Part shown: in pieces, positions 13,124 through 25,600 of the stretch | Layout: each line of letters opens with the position of its first letter | Numbering within the stretch: position 1 is the first letter of the stretch | Source of the DNA: Camelus dromedarius | Lineage: Eukaryota | Direction of reading: 5' to 3' | DNA: 64,000 bases | Assembly (NCBI RefSeq): GCF_036321535.1 | Contig: NC_087437.1 | Span: 88,600,001-88,664,000, forward strand | Translations under genes and position numbers: made by a program | Notes under the pieces: generated by a model | Told to the model about the DNA's origin: nothing | What the model saw: the letters and a program-made list of their open reading frames with translations, nothing else | The model's database searches: none

Positions 13124-13638
13124 ACACGGGCGCATTAGAGAGTCTAGTATCCTAAATATATAAAGAACTCTTACAACTCAAAAACAAAAGACCAATATCC
13201 CAATTAATAAATGAGTGAAGGACTTGAATAGACATTTCTCCAGAGAAGATATACAAATGGCCAATAAACACATGAAAAAGATGCAAAGTGTCATTAGGGA
13301 AATTAGATACCATTCCACGTCTGCCAAAATGGCTACAATCAAAAACAAAAAAGGGTAATACATGTCAATGAGGCTGTGGAGATTGGTACCCCTGTACATT
13401 GCCAGTAGGAATGTAAATTATTTCAGCCACTTTGGATAACGGTTTGGTGGGTCCTCAAAAAGTTAAACAAAAAATTACCAAATCACCCCACTATTCCCCT
13501 CCTAGGTATCTACCCAAAAGAACTCAAACAGGTACTTAAACAAATACTCTACACAAATGTTCACAGCAGCACTATATACAACAGCCAAAAGGTGGGAAGA
13601 ACCCAAATGTCCATGAACAGGTAGATAAATTGTGGTAT

Positions 13639-13643
13639 ACACA

Positions 13644-13679
<36 letters not shown>
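13639..13679. repeat. (CA)n microsatellite, one interruption
   Basis: Directly visible. Confidence 0.95.
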
Positions 13680-13685
<6 letters not shown>

Positions 13686-14174
13686 TATATTTATATAATA
13701 TATATTATTCAGTTATAAAAATAAATGAAGTACTGATACATACTACAACATGGATAAACCTCAAAAATATTATGTTAAGGAAAAGAAGCCAGATATGATT
13801 ACACTCATGTGAAATACCCAGAATAGGGAAATCCACAAAGACAGAAAGCAGACTGATAGTTGCCAAGAGTTGGGGGTCGACAGGAGTCGGGGAGGGCTAC
13901 TGAGTCACTGCTTAATGGACACAAGGTTTTATTTTGAGGTGATGAAAATGTTTTGGAACTAGCAATGGTGGTTATACAACATTATGAATGTACAAAATGC
14001 CACTGACCTATTCACTTTAAAATGTTCATGTTATCTGAATTTCATCTCAGTTAAAACAGCAACAAAGCCAGCAACCATTATCCTTTTTAGTGATGGAGCA
14101 CCTCAACTTATGTTCTATGTATTTCTGTCATAATGTAACTTTACTCAGGATACAAATAACTAATGATCCTAAGT

Positions 14175-14355
14175 AACAGGCGCTATGCTAAGTGCTTCAC
14201 AACAACCCTAAAAGGTAGGTACTCTTAGCTCACTTGTTTCAGAGGAAGGAATTGATATTCATTGAAGTTATCTGCCCGAGGGAGAAAAACTGCTAGGATT
14301 CATATACAAGCATTCTGATTTCAAGGCCTCTGATTTTAAATAGGATATTACACTG
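14175..14355 (-). mobile_element. MIR SINE
   Basis: tgctaagtgcttcacaacaaccctaaaaggtaggtact...ggattcatatacaagcattctgatttcaaggcc. Confidence 0.65.
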
Positions 14356-14769
14356 TGACGCTTTTAGGAAAACAAAAAAGTAAAGTTATCAGAGACATAA
14401 TCCTTATAAATATAGATCTGTATCAATGAAAATATACAGGTCAAACAGAATGAAAACACTCCAAGTCACTGTACAGAATATAACTAATCAACCACAATGA
14501 CTTTCTCAATAAAAGTTAATATAAGATGCCTGAGCTCCTACATCCTACATACAAAACATCTATTTCCCCTCCTTTGCTTACCCTGTATTTCAATTAAGTT
14601 ATATTGGTGGACATCTCATGCTCAGGATTTACTAAGAACACATTCGACATGTTCCTTAAACATAGGACTAGGAAACCATATAATATCTACACGAGATGAA
14701 AAAGAGAGGGAGTTGTCTCTCCCCTCATCTACTTTCTTCTGGATGGGAAACACATGTTTCATTTAAAGA

Positions 14770-15000
14770 AGAGGAAGGAGATATTCCGAAGACAAACATA
14801 TTTGAGAAATTTTCATGCTGAAAACAATTAAACCGATTTCTTTGCTTCAAGGCTTCTAAGAACATTTAATATATGAATATGCATTGTCAACTTTTAAGAG
14901 GAAAATATATGTTATTCCACAGATTTATTACGCTGAGGGTCCTTTTAAAGAATAAACATTTCTTAGACATGAACGCTTCCTGGAGCACTGGTTGGGATCC
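14770..15000. mobile_element. hAT-Charlie-type MITE fragment (subfamily uncertain)
   Basis: aaccgatttctttgcttcaaggcttctaagaacatttaatatatgaatatgcattgtcaac resembles Charlie-derived MER consensus. Confidence 0.45.
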
Positions 15001-15015
15001 TATTCTAAAATTTTA

Positions 15016-15400
15016 TGACTTCTTAGTTTGCTAGGGCTGTCATAACCAACACCACAGGCTGAGTGGCTTAAACAACAGAAATGTATTTTCTCCTAGGTCT
15101 GGAGGTTAGAAGCGCAAGATCACGGTGCTGGAGAGTTGGTTTTTCCTGAGCCCTCTCTCTTTGGCTTGCAGATGGCCACCTTCTTGCTGTGTTCTCACAT
15201 GGCCTCTTCTCTGTGTGTGCCCATCCCTGGTGTCTCTTCCTCTCATAAGGACACCAGTCCTGTTGGATTAGGGCCCCACCCTCATGACCTCATTTAACCT
15301 TAATTACCTCCCTGAAGACCTTATCTCCAAATGTGGTCACATTAGGGCTCAGGTTTCCAACATATGAATTTTGGGGAGACACAATTAGACCCACTAAACA
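15016..15400 (-). mobile_element. MaLR solo LTR, MLT1B-like
   Basis: tcttagtttgctagggctgtcataacc...ggcttaaacaacagaaatgtattttctc...ttttggggagacacaatt; TG...CA ends. Confidence 0.85.
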
Positions 15401-15878
15401 AGATATTTTTCCTCTGACATTTATAGATTGATACTAAACAAAATAGCAAAGAAAGTTCTCATTTCCCCATCTTTCACAACGATCATCAGCTTTTTCATCC
15501 TCAACACTTAAACTCTGCCAATTTTCATCTTTTGGGCTTAGTTTCCTATCTTGCCAAAGCCAATGCACTGGTATGAAAACAGTCACCACTTTTCCTACTA
15601 TTTCAATAGAAAATATGCTCTAAATTTAAAACTATAATATTACAAATTAATTTTTGGAGTGCAATCCCTTTGTGTACTCCCTGAACTCAACTAAGATAAG
15701 ATGAAGTATTGAGATAATAATGGTCTTCTAAAATTACGACAGTACTGAGTTGAAAGAGAAGCTACCATATTGGTAGTTGAATTGTGGCCAGAAAATTGAC
15801 ATGGTACAAAGCAACTGCTGAAAGCTTTAACTGCTAAGATCTAGAATGCTATCAATATAGATGTTTTCATTTCTAGAG

Positions 15879-16580
15879 TGGTATAATGAAAAATACATAT
15901 TTGGTCTTTGTCCTGAGTTCCTAGCACAGAGCTCTTAAAACCCTTGGAATTTCCTGAGAGATAGAAATGTCTTTTAGACTCAGGGAAGGGTACCCCTAGA
16001 TAACTTCAGGGTGGGGCTAGTTACCAGAAAGTCCAAATACTTGATTAGAGGGTAGGGACTTTTAGCCAAATCCCTCAGGGGAGAAGAGTGGGGCCGGAGA
16101 TTGGGTTATAAAAACCCTTGAACAAGGAGATTGGAAGAGCTACTGGGTTGGTGAAGATATTTATGTTCTGGGAAGATAACATGTCCAGAGAGGGCATAGG
16201 AGCTCTGAGCCGCACTCCTCACCCTACCTACCCCTGCCACCCAGGCCAATACCGTGCTGCCATCTGGCTGTTCCCGAGTTGTATACTTATAATAAACTGG
16301 TAATAGCATGTAAAGCACTTTCCTGAGTTCTAAGAGTTGTTCTAATAAATTATCAAACCTGAAGACAGAGTTGTGGTAACACTAGAATTTATAGCTGGTC
16401 GGTCAGAAGAACTGGTGGCAATCAAAGACTTGTGATGGGCCCCTTAAGTGAGGACAGGCTTGTGGGACTGAGCCCTTAACCTGTGGGGTCTGTGCTAACT
16501 CCAGACAGTCAGTGTTAGGACTGGACTAAATTGTTGGAGATACCCAGCTTGGTGTCAGAGAATTAGAGTAAAGGTTAGAC
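15879..16580 (+). mobile_element. MER21-family solo LTR
   Basis: tggtctttgtcctgagttcctagcacagagctcttaaaacccttggaatttcctgag...aataaactggtaatag...cagcttggtgtcagag. Confidence 0.85.
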
Positions 16581-18229
16581 ACAGCCATCTTTGTTGAAAA
16601 ACAAGTATTATGACATGAAATTTTAACAAAACATGTAAGTTAATCAAGATAGTTTGACTTAACTTTTCTTAATGTTATGTAACTATGTGCACCATAACTG
16701 TCACTGTATATTAGAGGAGGAAAAATAAAGAAAATTAACTACTGCACTTTCCACAGCCTGTTGTTAATAGACCTATTAATATTTAAACAGTTCTAAGCTA
16801 TAAACCAAGAGCATCTAATGCCATATACTAAAACACAGTCATAACACTTTAAAATATATTATGGAAAGTAAGAAAAGACAGTAAAAATTTTTTTACATGA
16901 AATGATAGGTATATCTTATAAAACAAATTACTCTCATTTTTTAACAATCCCTACATTAAACCCACAGTTAATTACTTACTCTTCTAGATAATTCAGAAGG
17001 AATAACATGAGAAAGGTTCTGAGACACTTTTAATATTTTTTAAGGCCAAGTTTATTTTCCATTATATTTATTTCTTAGTAGGTCTCATTTCTTCCCAAGA
17101 TTACAAGTTCTTTACCAGCAAGAAATAAATGCATTTAATTTATTTATTTACCTATTTCTATTCCTATTTTACTTCATGTCAACTACTACCCCAGTAACAG
17201 TGTTCTAAGGAGTACAAACATACATAGTTAACTGTAAAGACTTTGTCTAATAGTCATACTTGAACACATTTTTTTAAAAACATGTATAATAAAATCTATT
17301 GGTTAGCAAGAAAGATGGCTTATAATTTAACAATAATAAAATCTGAACTATGATAGATACCTTTCCATAATGGAAACATGGAGCACTGAAATAATCAGAA
17401 ATTTCCCTTCCAGTTTTTTGCTTTCCCCTCTTCTCATTCTGAGTTATGACAACGACAGAATAGCTACTGCTGACCTAGGAGAAGGGAAGCACTTGGCTCC
17501 TGTCTAGCCTGTGCTTCCCTGTCCATCCTCTGCTTCCTTCTCTAGTCAGAAGAGCAGAGCGTGCCCTGAATTCTTATAGTCCAGCACTTTATCTACTTTG
17601 CGGGGTGTTGTGAAGCATTCATAACAGGTGGGTATAAGGAACTTTCAACCTGTGAAAATGTCAAAAGTACACACATGTGCCTATGGTCTGCTCTCTCTGT
17701 TACCATCCGGTGAGGTACCAAGTATCTGGAGGCGCCCCACCCACCACCCTCTCCTCACCCATATCCAGCACAACACTTAGGAAGGGCCACCCAGGCCAGC
17801 TCCACTCTGAGCATTAAAAGCCTGTCTCAAGCCCTTCAGGCTCTTCTCACTGAACAAAATATAACCCATGTGTGCATCAGTGTGGTAAGATCACTGACTT
17901 AAATTTTGGACTTAAGAAGATATAGACAGAGAAGGTCATTCTGCCCTCTTTGTTTCTGAGTCAATAAGGTCTATCTGCTTACAGAAAAAAAGAAGAAGAA
18001 AAGCCAAAAAAAAAAAAAAATCTAAAAGGGCCTCTCATGTGGTCTAGTCGAGCTCACTAGAATTCTCTACCGAGGTTTGGGGCCAAGCTCCAAACTGAAT
18101 TATGGCTGTCCATCTAGACTCTGCTCATTTACAAGCTACATGTATATTTGAGGATTAAAGCAAAAAGTAATTATCAACTGCAAATATGGACACTCGTTAA
18201 TTTGTAATATCCTTTAAAATGTCTATCTT

Positions 18230-19600
18230 TTGAGAGAAGGGAGGGGGCCTGTCTCAAGCTTACAGGGCAGAGCAGGATTACAGCCCCACAAGCGCTAAGG
18301 CACAAGGCACAGATCGTACCATCAGCGGGATTCAAGCTGGTCTCCTAGACAGCATCCCCTCTACCAGGTACTGGGTTTGGTGCTGTACTATAAGGTCATG
18401 ATGGATTTTAAAATCTAACTTAATATGTCATATTTTCTGCTTTTAAATGTATTTCTTCAGAGAAAAAAATCATTTTGATTTATGCAACTTTACTGCCTAC
18501 CAATTATCCTGAATCTAACCATCACAAGAATTGAGACAGGTGCACAAAATGCTCCCACATCCTACGAGACCACCTCTATTAACTGGCTTTTGGAGATCAA
18601 GATCCAAGAGGAAAGTGAGCCCCCTCTTTAGATTTCATCTTGAAACTCTGCAAGCTGGTATCAATGGAAACAGTGGGGACTGCGGCACTGATCAAGGGCA
18701 CTAAATAAACCCTGATCACGGCTATGAACAGAAGAGCTGGGAGTGTGAGCCCTGCTGGAGCAGGAGCGGTAGAGCTCACCAGTGAACAATAAAGGGGGAT
18801 GGGGTCCTGGCCACGTGGGGATATACCATCTTCTTAGGCTGATGAGGAGAAGAAACTGCAAAAATGCTCTGAACTCAAAGGTTAAGGGTTAAGAAAGAAA
18901 TATTAAAGGTCAGTAACTAGAAAATGCTGGCCCTAAAAACCAAATTTACTCAGAGGCAGAAGGACAATGACAATGAGAGAGTGGGTGAGGAGAAATCAGA
19001 ATTTGATATGCACGGCAAATCTATTTCTCAGGCTTTGGACAGGGTACATCAGAAAGCAGGGAGGAATGGTATCAGCTTAATTAATCAGTCTTAACATATA
19101 GTAAAGAAAATAATAAAAACAAAACAAACAAACTATGGGAAACAAAGGAGGATCACACCAACAGCTTTATCTACATACTGGTCCATGGAGCCAAGGAGCC
19201 ACTTAAGAACCAGGCTGAAGCTGAAACACTCAACAGGACCTGCTTGGAAGGAAGGGGTGCGCCACTAACAAGAGAACAGGAGTCTACCCTTTGGCAGCAC
19301 AAAAGGAAGTAACAAGGAATTTTTTTTTCCTACCACTAAAGTCTTGAAGTCACTCAAACCCTGAGGAACTCACTGAAATGAATCTGTTTACCACTGGGTC
19401 TCATGTGGTTCTCAAAGGCACAGGCTTTGGTACTAAGTAACAGCTTCAAGCCAGAAAACTGTCAAAGCGCATTTTTCAGCTTTGACAAGTGAGGGGATGA
19501 AGAAAATGTCCTTCGAAAGAACAGTCTCACAGACATATGGACTTGTAGGTACTGTGAAAAGAAAGACCACTCTTCAGCATCATTCTCGGGATGGAGAAAT
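18230..19600 (+). pseudogene. Putative decayed PNMA/Gypsy-type gag remnant (MamGyp-int-like or PNMA-family relic)
   Basis: Frameshifted motifs in the expected order: SLQGRA...QVLG, QEESEP/SLDFILKLCKL (MHR-like), GPGHVGIYHLLRLMR/EE, CRYCEKKDHSSASF (CCHC-like). Confidence 0.45.
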
Positions 19601-20389
19601 ACAGAGGAAAGACACTTTCCTACAGAAATACCCATTCTGTCTGGAGAACTTTCGCTCAGAAAAATGATCAGAAGACAGGACTGTGTTCCTGAATCCCATA
19701 TTCAATTATTTTTCTTTGGTGTGCCAAGAATGTAAGGGCCAAACAAAAGGTAAAATTTGAGTTTTTAAGTATTCAGGGTAACAAGCAGTAAGGGAACACA
19801 CAGTATGCTAGGAGAGATCTGGGTCCCGTAGGTAGCATCGTGAGAATGTTGCATTTTATTTGGGAGAAATGGAGGGGACATAGTTTATATACATGGTAAA
19901 TTTTATTCCCTCTTGAGCTATTGAAAATGTGGCATCGCAACTGACTCCTGACAGGAGATTTATCCAACTTATCTGTAATTTCACAGGTTCTGAACACTGG
20001 ACAACTAGCATGCATGGATACCACCCCAATGAGGAAAAACCCAAGAAGCTTTGTTCCTCTTCTGTCAGTAATATTCCTCAAATTATCTCTAAACTTGCAC
20101 TAAGGTGCCAGGTGGGTAGCGGTAAAATGGGTGCAGACTATAGTAAGCTCTGGATACTGGGAACACTACTTTTGGTTAGTAAATGCTAGTATTTTGGAAT
20201 TTAGTCTCTGAATTACAAACTGCTGCAGAGTTATTTTCATTTATGCTGAAGATTCTCTTTAACCTTGCAAATATGGAAAGTAGGAAAAACTTAGAAAAAG
20301 CATAATCCAACTCTGGAAGTGCATAAGGATCTACTTTGGTTCTGGCGAATGCAAATCAGGAAGCAGATGCCAAAAAAAAAAAAAAAAGG

Positions 20390-21690
20390 ACACAAAGAGT
20401 GAGGTATTTAACATAGTTTGAGGTGGCATCAAAGGAGAATTTCTAGAGAAGGAAAAGAGCTGAGACAGTTCAGGTTAGTTAGAGGAAGAAAAAAATTCCA
20501 TGCATCATAAGCAAAAATATATCAGAGTGAGAAAGAATATGGTACATAGAGATGAATATGAGAACAGTGTTGCTGTCCAGGGACATGGCTTTCTTTTTAG
20601 AAAGACAAGGGCCAGATTCAGAAGGGCCATGCATGCCTTATTAAAGAGGACTCACTTGATCCTGCTGGTGCTAGAGACTCAAAAAAGGGGTTTACACTGG
20701 GGAGCAGTATAGTAAGATTTGGATTTTGGGTCTATCAATCACACAGGCAACTCTAGATTCAAGGGCTATGAAGCTACAGGAAAGAAAAGCAGAAAGGTGA
20801 TGCAGTAATGAGCAAGATAAATGGGATCTGAATTAGAGCAAGGAGGTGAAGGCACACAGTGGAAGATCATATGTGCCAAATATTTAATAGGCAAAAGGAA
20901 CAGGACTTGGTACTCAATGGAACACAGAGGGCAAAACTGAGAACTGTCAAACACTGCAGGAGGAGAGCTCAGGGAAGGAACTGACTTGAAGGAGATGGTG
21001 ATGAACTCTGTTTGGGATCTGTTTTAATTTGAGGTACTCTTGTGCATCTAGGTGGAGATATTCATCAAACTGTTGAATATACTGGTCTGAAACTCAGAAA
21101 AATATATCTAGAGACACAGTTGGGATCCATCAACACTTAAGTTATAACTAAAATAATAAGGGTTAAGATAAGACCATGTACAGAGAGGATGTACAGTTAG
21201 AATAGTTGTAGCCCAAGATGGAACCAAGAAAAACACTAACACTTAAAGGGTTGGTTAAAAGAAGAAAGTAAGAAAGAAAGAAGGAAAGGAAGGAGGGGGG
21301 AAGGAAGAAAGAAAGCAAAAAAGAAAAGAAAAGCCCAAAAGGAAAAAGAATAGTCAGAGGAATTTGAGGAAAAGTAAATCAGTGTTATGTAATGCAAGCT
21401 GAAAGAGAATTTCAAGGAAGAAATTATTATCAAGATCAAATGCAAAACATAAGCTCAAGAGATGACTACTAAAAAATTACCATTGGATTTGGTGATGTAG
21501 AAGTCACTGATGATAGTAGCAAGATTTCATGACATGAGATGTAAAGCAAACTGCTGTAGGATGGGAGGTGTCAGAGAAGTAATGAAGTGGAGGCAGGAGA
21601 CAGCACTACCCCTTCAAGAGGTTTAGATGAAGTGCAAAAAGAGATTGGGCAATACTGCCTAGGAAAACGTTGGAGTAAGGGAGAGTCAGG
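20390..21690 (-). mobile_element. L2 LINE fragment with an internal purine-rich tract
   Basis: Reverse L2 phrases (gatgaactctgtttgggatctgttttaatttgaggt; ccattggatttggtgatgtagaagtcactgatga). Confidence 0.75.
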
Positions 21691-21904
21691 ATGAGGAGGG
21701 TTGTTTCTAGTTCTACCACCATTAGAAATTAAAGTTCTACCACTAATTATGAGAGAAGAGAGTCTGGTTCACAGGCAAAAGTAAGCATCACATGGTACCT
21801 ATCAAACGCTGAGAACTTCATGTACTTAGCAAGAACAGCAAAATTAAACTGCCATAAGATCCCAAATGAGAAAAAAATAACAATTATAATACTCAAAGGG
21901 ATGC

Positions 21905-22065
21905 TGTCCTGGCTCTGCCACTTAGCAGCTGTGTGATCCTGGGCAAGTTACTTAGCCTTTTGCCTCTCAACTTCCTCACCTATGTAGTGAGGATAACACT
22001 AGTACTTACAGGTTTTGTAAGAATTAAGATGCTGATACCAAATGCTAACACAATGCTGGCTCAAG
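21905..22065 (+). mobile_element. MIR SINE
   Basis: cctggctctgccacttagcagctgtgtgatcctgggcaagttacttagcc. Confidence 0.85.
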
Positions 22066-24549
22066 TTTGTCTTTATTGAAGATCACAGACATGAATTATA
22101 TAGTGCTTAAAGAACTTCAGTTTTTAAGAAATATATTTAGTCATGCATTCATGACAAGTCCTCACGGCATCCTGATTTACAGGTTCATGATTAGCTTCAA
22201 TAAATAGGTCACCATTAGTCTACTTTGGAAAAAAAAACCAAACCAAACAAACAAAAAACAAAAACAAAATACAACACTGTAGATAAACACACTGCCCTGT
22301 ATATGTATATACTTTATAAATCAGTAAAAGGAAAATCAAGGTCTGAATTGTAATTTCAAATTCAAAAGAATCTTCCTCTTCTATGGCATTAAGGTACAAT
22401 TCTCATTAATTTCTGTAACAAAGTACACACTGCAGAGACTTGTTCATCTTTGTGTCAAAAATGAATTAAACATAACTCTGAACAGTAATAAGTGCTGTAC
22501 TGTTGCCTCCCTTTTTAATTTACATGTGCAGTATTCTTTAATGATATAGTGTGCAACTCTTCCAGCCAATTCAAAGAGACAAAAAGATTCAATTATTCTC
22601 CAGCTCTATAAGCAGTTACATATTTTCCTTATATATCAGAATTTCATTACAGCTGAAACAGATAAAAAGACAGCATACAGTAAAAGGTCTTATGATCAAT
22701 AATCAATGAGTCTCATGATTGGGGGAAATGCTTAAAAATACATTTAATTTCATAATAGATAGCCCCATCATTACTAAGAAGAATGCTGTCACCTATTAAA
22801 CAAAACAGAACACCTTCTTTTTAATAAAACAAAAAATAAAAACATCAACAAAGCTCTATGTCAAAATAATGAAAGTACAGATCTATAATTAAGACATCAT
22901 TAAATGATCTGAATTGACATGATAATTTAAGAAAACATCAAGTATGCAGTTTAGTAGTTATAGTAAATGTAAACAGTGGCGAAATTTCAGAAATCAGAAA
23001 TTTCATACACAGATCTTTAAGTCAGTAGTTCTCCCAAAAGGCCTTAAGACCTTTTTTTCACAAATAAGTCTATTTAACAAAAGCATTGTTCCATGGATGA
23101 ATTAACCCAACTGCAAATAAGTATACAGTTAAATACCCTCACTGCACATCCTCATTGTTTTTTTTTTTAATTCTGCTCTATACTTCAAGTGCAATAGTCA
23201 CTAGATTGCTGAAAGCACCAGGAAGCACAGCAATGAGAATACAGAACTGATATTTATGTCTGTGAAAATATCTGACAGATATCAAGCAATTAAAACTGCG
23301 ATGTTTGGCTTTTAATGTTAATTTAAAAAAAATTTAATTTGTAGCATCACAGTAAGAAAGATGCAGCCCCATTTCTCTGTTTAGTAAATTCTCACTCTAT
23401 GAAACTGAAACAAAAAAATAAATCTTTTTCTTTCCCTTGAAGTACTATACAATAACTGAACATTACAATATTGGTACTGAAACACTGAAAAAAATAAAGT
23501 GCCATGTTAAAGATTAAACAGCATTTTCAGGTAAAACACATATAAAACCAATTTCACATAATTGTATTACTTCCGATACCAACTTGGTAGTTATTTCAGG
23601 TATTGTAAATGGTATTTCTCAGTTAATAAAAAGTCCATTTCACCCACTAAGGGTAAGCAAAAATGTATTATGCTCTGGGATAGATTAGAGGTAAAATGAC
23701 ATTATGTGTTGAAGTGAAGGGTAGAGTGGCAGGGTGAAGATGACATCTTTGTAATCCTCCACAAAATAATTTGCTGGCATTGGAATAATCAATACAAAAG
23801 AATGAAGGAGTTACCCCAGGTCTGGACTGAGCTCCCTGTTTGTACCAATCACTGTCTAGCTACCACTGCTCCTTTTGTGGCAGAGTTAGACCCTTACAAA
23901 GAAGTGATTCTTTGGTTGAACCAGCAGCAACCTAGAATCAACATGTAATGGGAAACACAAATTTTAAGTAACTTGAATGAATCTGATTCCTGGTAGAGTC
24001 AAAAAAAAAAATATCAGGACTAATTAAACAGTTATATAATCATATAATAACAGGCACTGCTTATAAACATCAATTTGTATGTCCCTGTATATTCACTTTT
24101 TTCCCCTTAACATGACACTGAGCTAAATGTCTGAAGCAATGCAAGTATCTTAAAATGTAAATAAACTTCTATGCGGACAATACATACAACATCTCTTACT
24201 TTAGACAGCAAAAGATAATCATAAGAGAGAAAAATCTAGTACGAAAACTAAAATCCAGGCACTTTCCCTGGGTTTCTATTTTTCTACTGGAGTCAGTCAA
24301 GAAGCATTTGTATCACATCTCCATTGATGGGATGTTCTTAGCACAAGACTAACCCAGACTCAAGTTCAATTTGCAACTGGAGCCTATTACACCCTCCCCC
24401 ACCTCAATACAGGTTTCCGGTTTGGTGCCCAGAAGTAGCAGTACAGCTCCCAACTGACAAGCAGATGAGATCAAGAAGAAATTCATCACATCCCCAAGTC
24501 TAAGGACCCCCCAAGGTCCAGCCGCATCCTCCCTTCATGAAATGCTCAG

Positions 24550-25600
24550 GATCCCGCTGAAGGAGAAACCGGAGGTGGGGGCCGGGAGGATTTAAAGGTT
24601 ATGTTATCAGAGAGAAGAAGAATGCCCAGGTGAGGTTGAGGTGGGGCGAGTCAGAATAGATAAGGAAGCAGAAAAGTGACGCACGAGGGCGGTCACCTGT
24701 GGGGCCACTTGGTCCGGCCCCGCCCCCAGGGATAGCAACAAGAATCGCGGCCGGAAGCCCCCAAAATACACCGGAGAAACGCAGAGCTAGGCCTCTTCGG
24801 CCCGGCCTGGAACTCACCATCCACGGTTTTCTTCTTGAAGAGGGACGCCATGGTCAGGGACCGCGCCCGGGCTGCACGGCTCGGCCCGGTCCGGCCCGCG
24901 ACTGGGAAAGAACAGGAGGGAAAGGACAGGACTCCGGGAGGGTTCGGGATGGCGGAGCGGATGGGCCAGAGGAGAGGGCGAGGTCTCCAGGCAGGACCTG
25001 CGGAGGGCGGGTATCCACGAAGCCTGCCGCTGCCGAGTTGCCCGGAGCTCAGGTGACCGCGAACTAAGACACTTTTTGGAGAAGTCACTTCTAGGCGGCG
25101 TCTGCGCGGTCTGCGCGCGCGCCTGCGCACTGCGGCGCTCGAAGCCGCTGCCGCTGCCCTCACTTCAGCGGCTGCCAGCTCCTCCCGCTCGTGGGGTCGC
25201 GGCGCGGTGAGTCCCGCAGTTGCGGCGGTTGCGGTGTGGAGACCTCGCGGGTGGTGTCAGGGGCTTCTAGGTGTGGATTCCGTGCTGCGTGCTGACAGAT
25301 ATGAGTCTTACCTAGCGTTCTCCTTGCCCTGAGGGAGCTGGAAGTAGGGTTCCCCGGAGTCCTAGGACAAGTGTGGGTCCTCCTGGAACCAGTTGATTTA
25401 CGACCATCCCTCTGCTGTCGGTAGTAGTGCTTTCCTAAGTGCAGGGGCTGGTGGTGATGCTGAGGTCCGGGCCCAGTGGTGTTTGTCTAGGAAGTTCACG
25501 CTCTTTTCCGCCCTGCCTCGTTCCCCCGCGCAGCCTCCTGCCAGACCCGGGGCGTTCACTGCGGGTGGGTGTGGGTCTCCAGGGATCCCGTGTCTAGGCT
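24550..25600. promoter_or_regulatory. CpG-island promoter of CHMP2B (TATA-less, probably bidirectional)
   Basis: Abrupt GC/CpG enrichment around exon 1. NRF1-like GCGCCTGCGCA at 25119-25129, GC box at ~24717-24727, ETS CCGGAAG at 24751-24757, CRE half-site TGACG at 24677, palindrome AGAAGT-C-ACTTCT at 25080-25092. Confidence 0.9.
24818..24851 (-). CDS. CHMP2B: CHMP2B exon 1 CDS (34 nt), MASLFKKKTVD; charged multivesicular body protein 2B, full CDS 642 nt / 213 aa
   Basis: Strong Kozak ctgACCATGG; donor GATG|GTGAGT at 24817; exon lengths 34+92+195+103+107+111 = 642 nt give an uninterrupted frame. Confidence 0.98.

Larger units (their letters stand above)
12745..14056 (+). mobile_element. L1MB-like 3' fragment (~1.3 kb), antisense in intron 1
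   Basis: End of ORF2 and 3' UTR (gaatagacatttctccagagaagatatacaaatggccaataaacacatg; ggtgatgaaaatgttttggaactag). Confidence 0.9.

Noticed and set aside
9138..13399. ORFs inside the L1 remnants (e.g. 9825..10070, 10110..10316, 10402..10665, 13178..13399)
   Set aside because: Fragments or antisense frames of decayed L1 ORF2, not host genes
17820..18259. 13-bp repeat GCCTGTCTCAAGC at ~17820 and ~18247 as LTR ends or a TSD
   Set aside because: No extended similarity or TG...CA structure around either copy; may be chance
24699..25067. 122-aa and 73-aa plus-strand ORFs in the CpG island
   Set aside because: Stop-poor GC-rich sequence antisense to exon 1; no recognisable domain
24693..25163. 156-aa minus ORF as a separate gene
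   Set aside because: It is the CHMP2B leader plus exon 1 reading into intron 1; it has a GTG start and low-complexity, GC-driven composition
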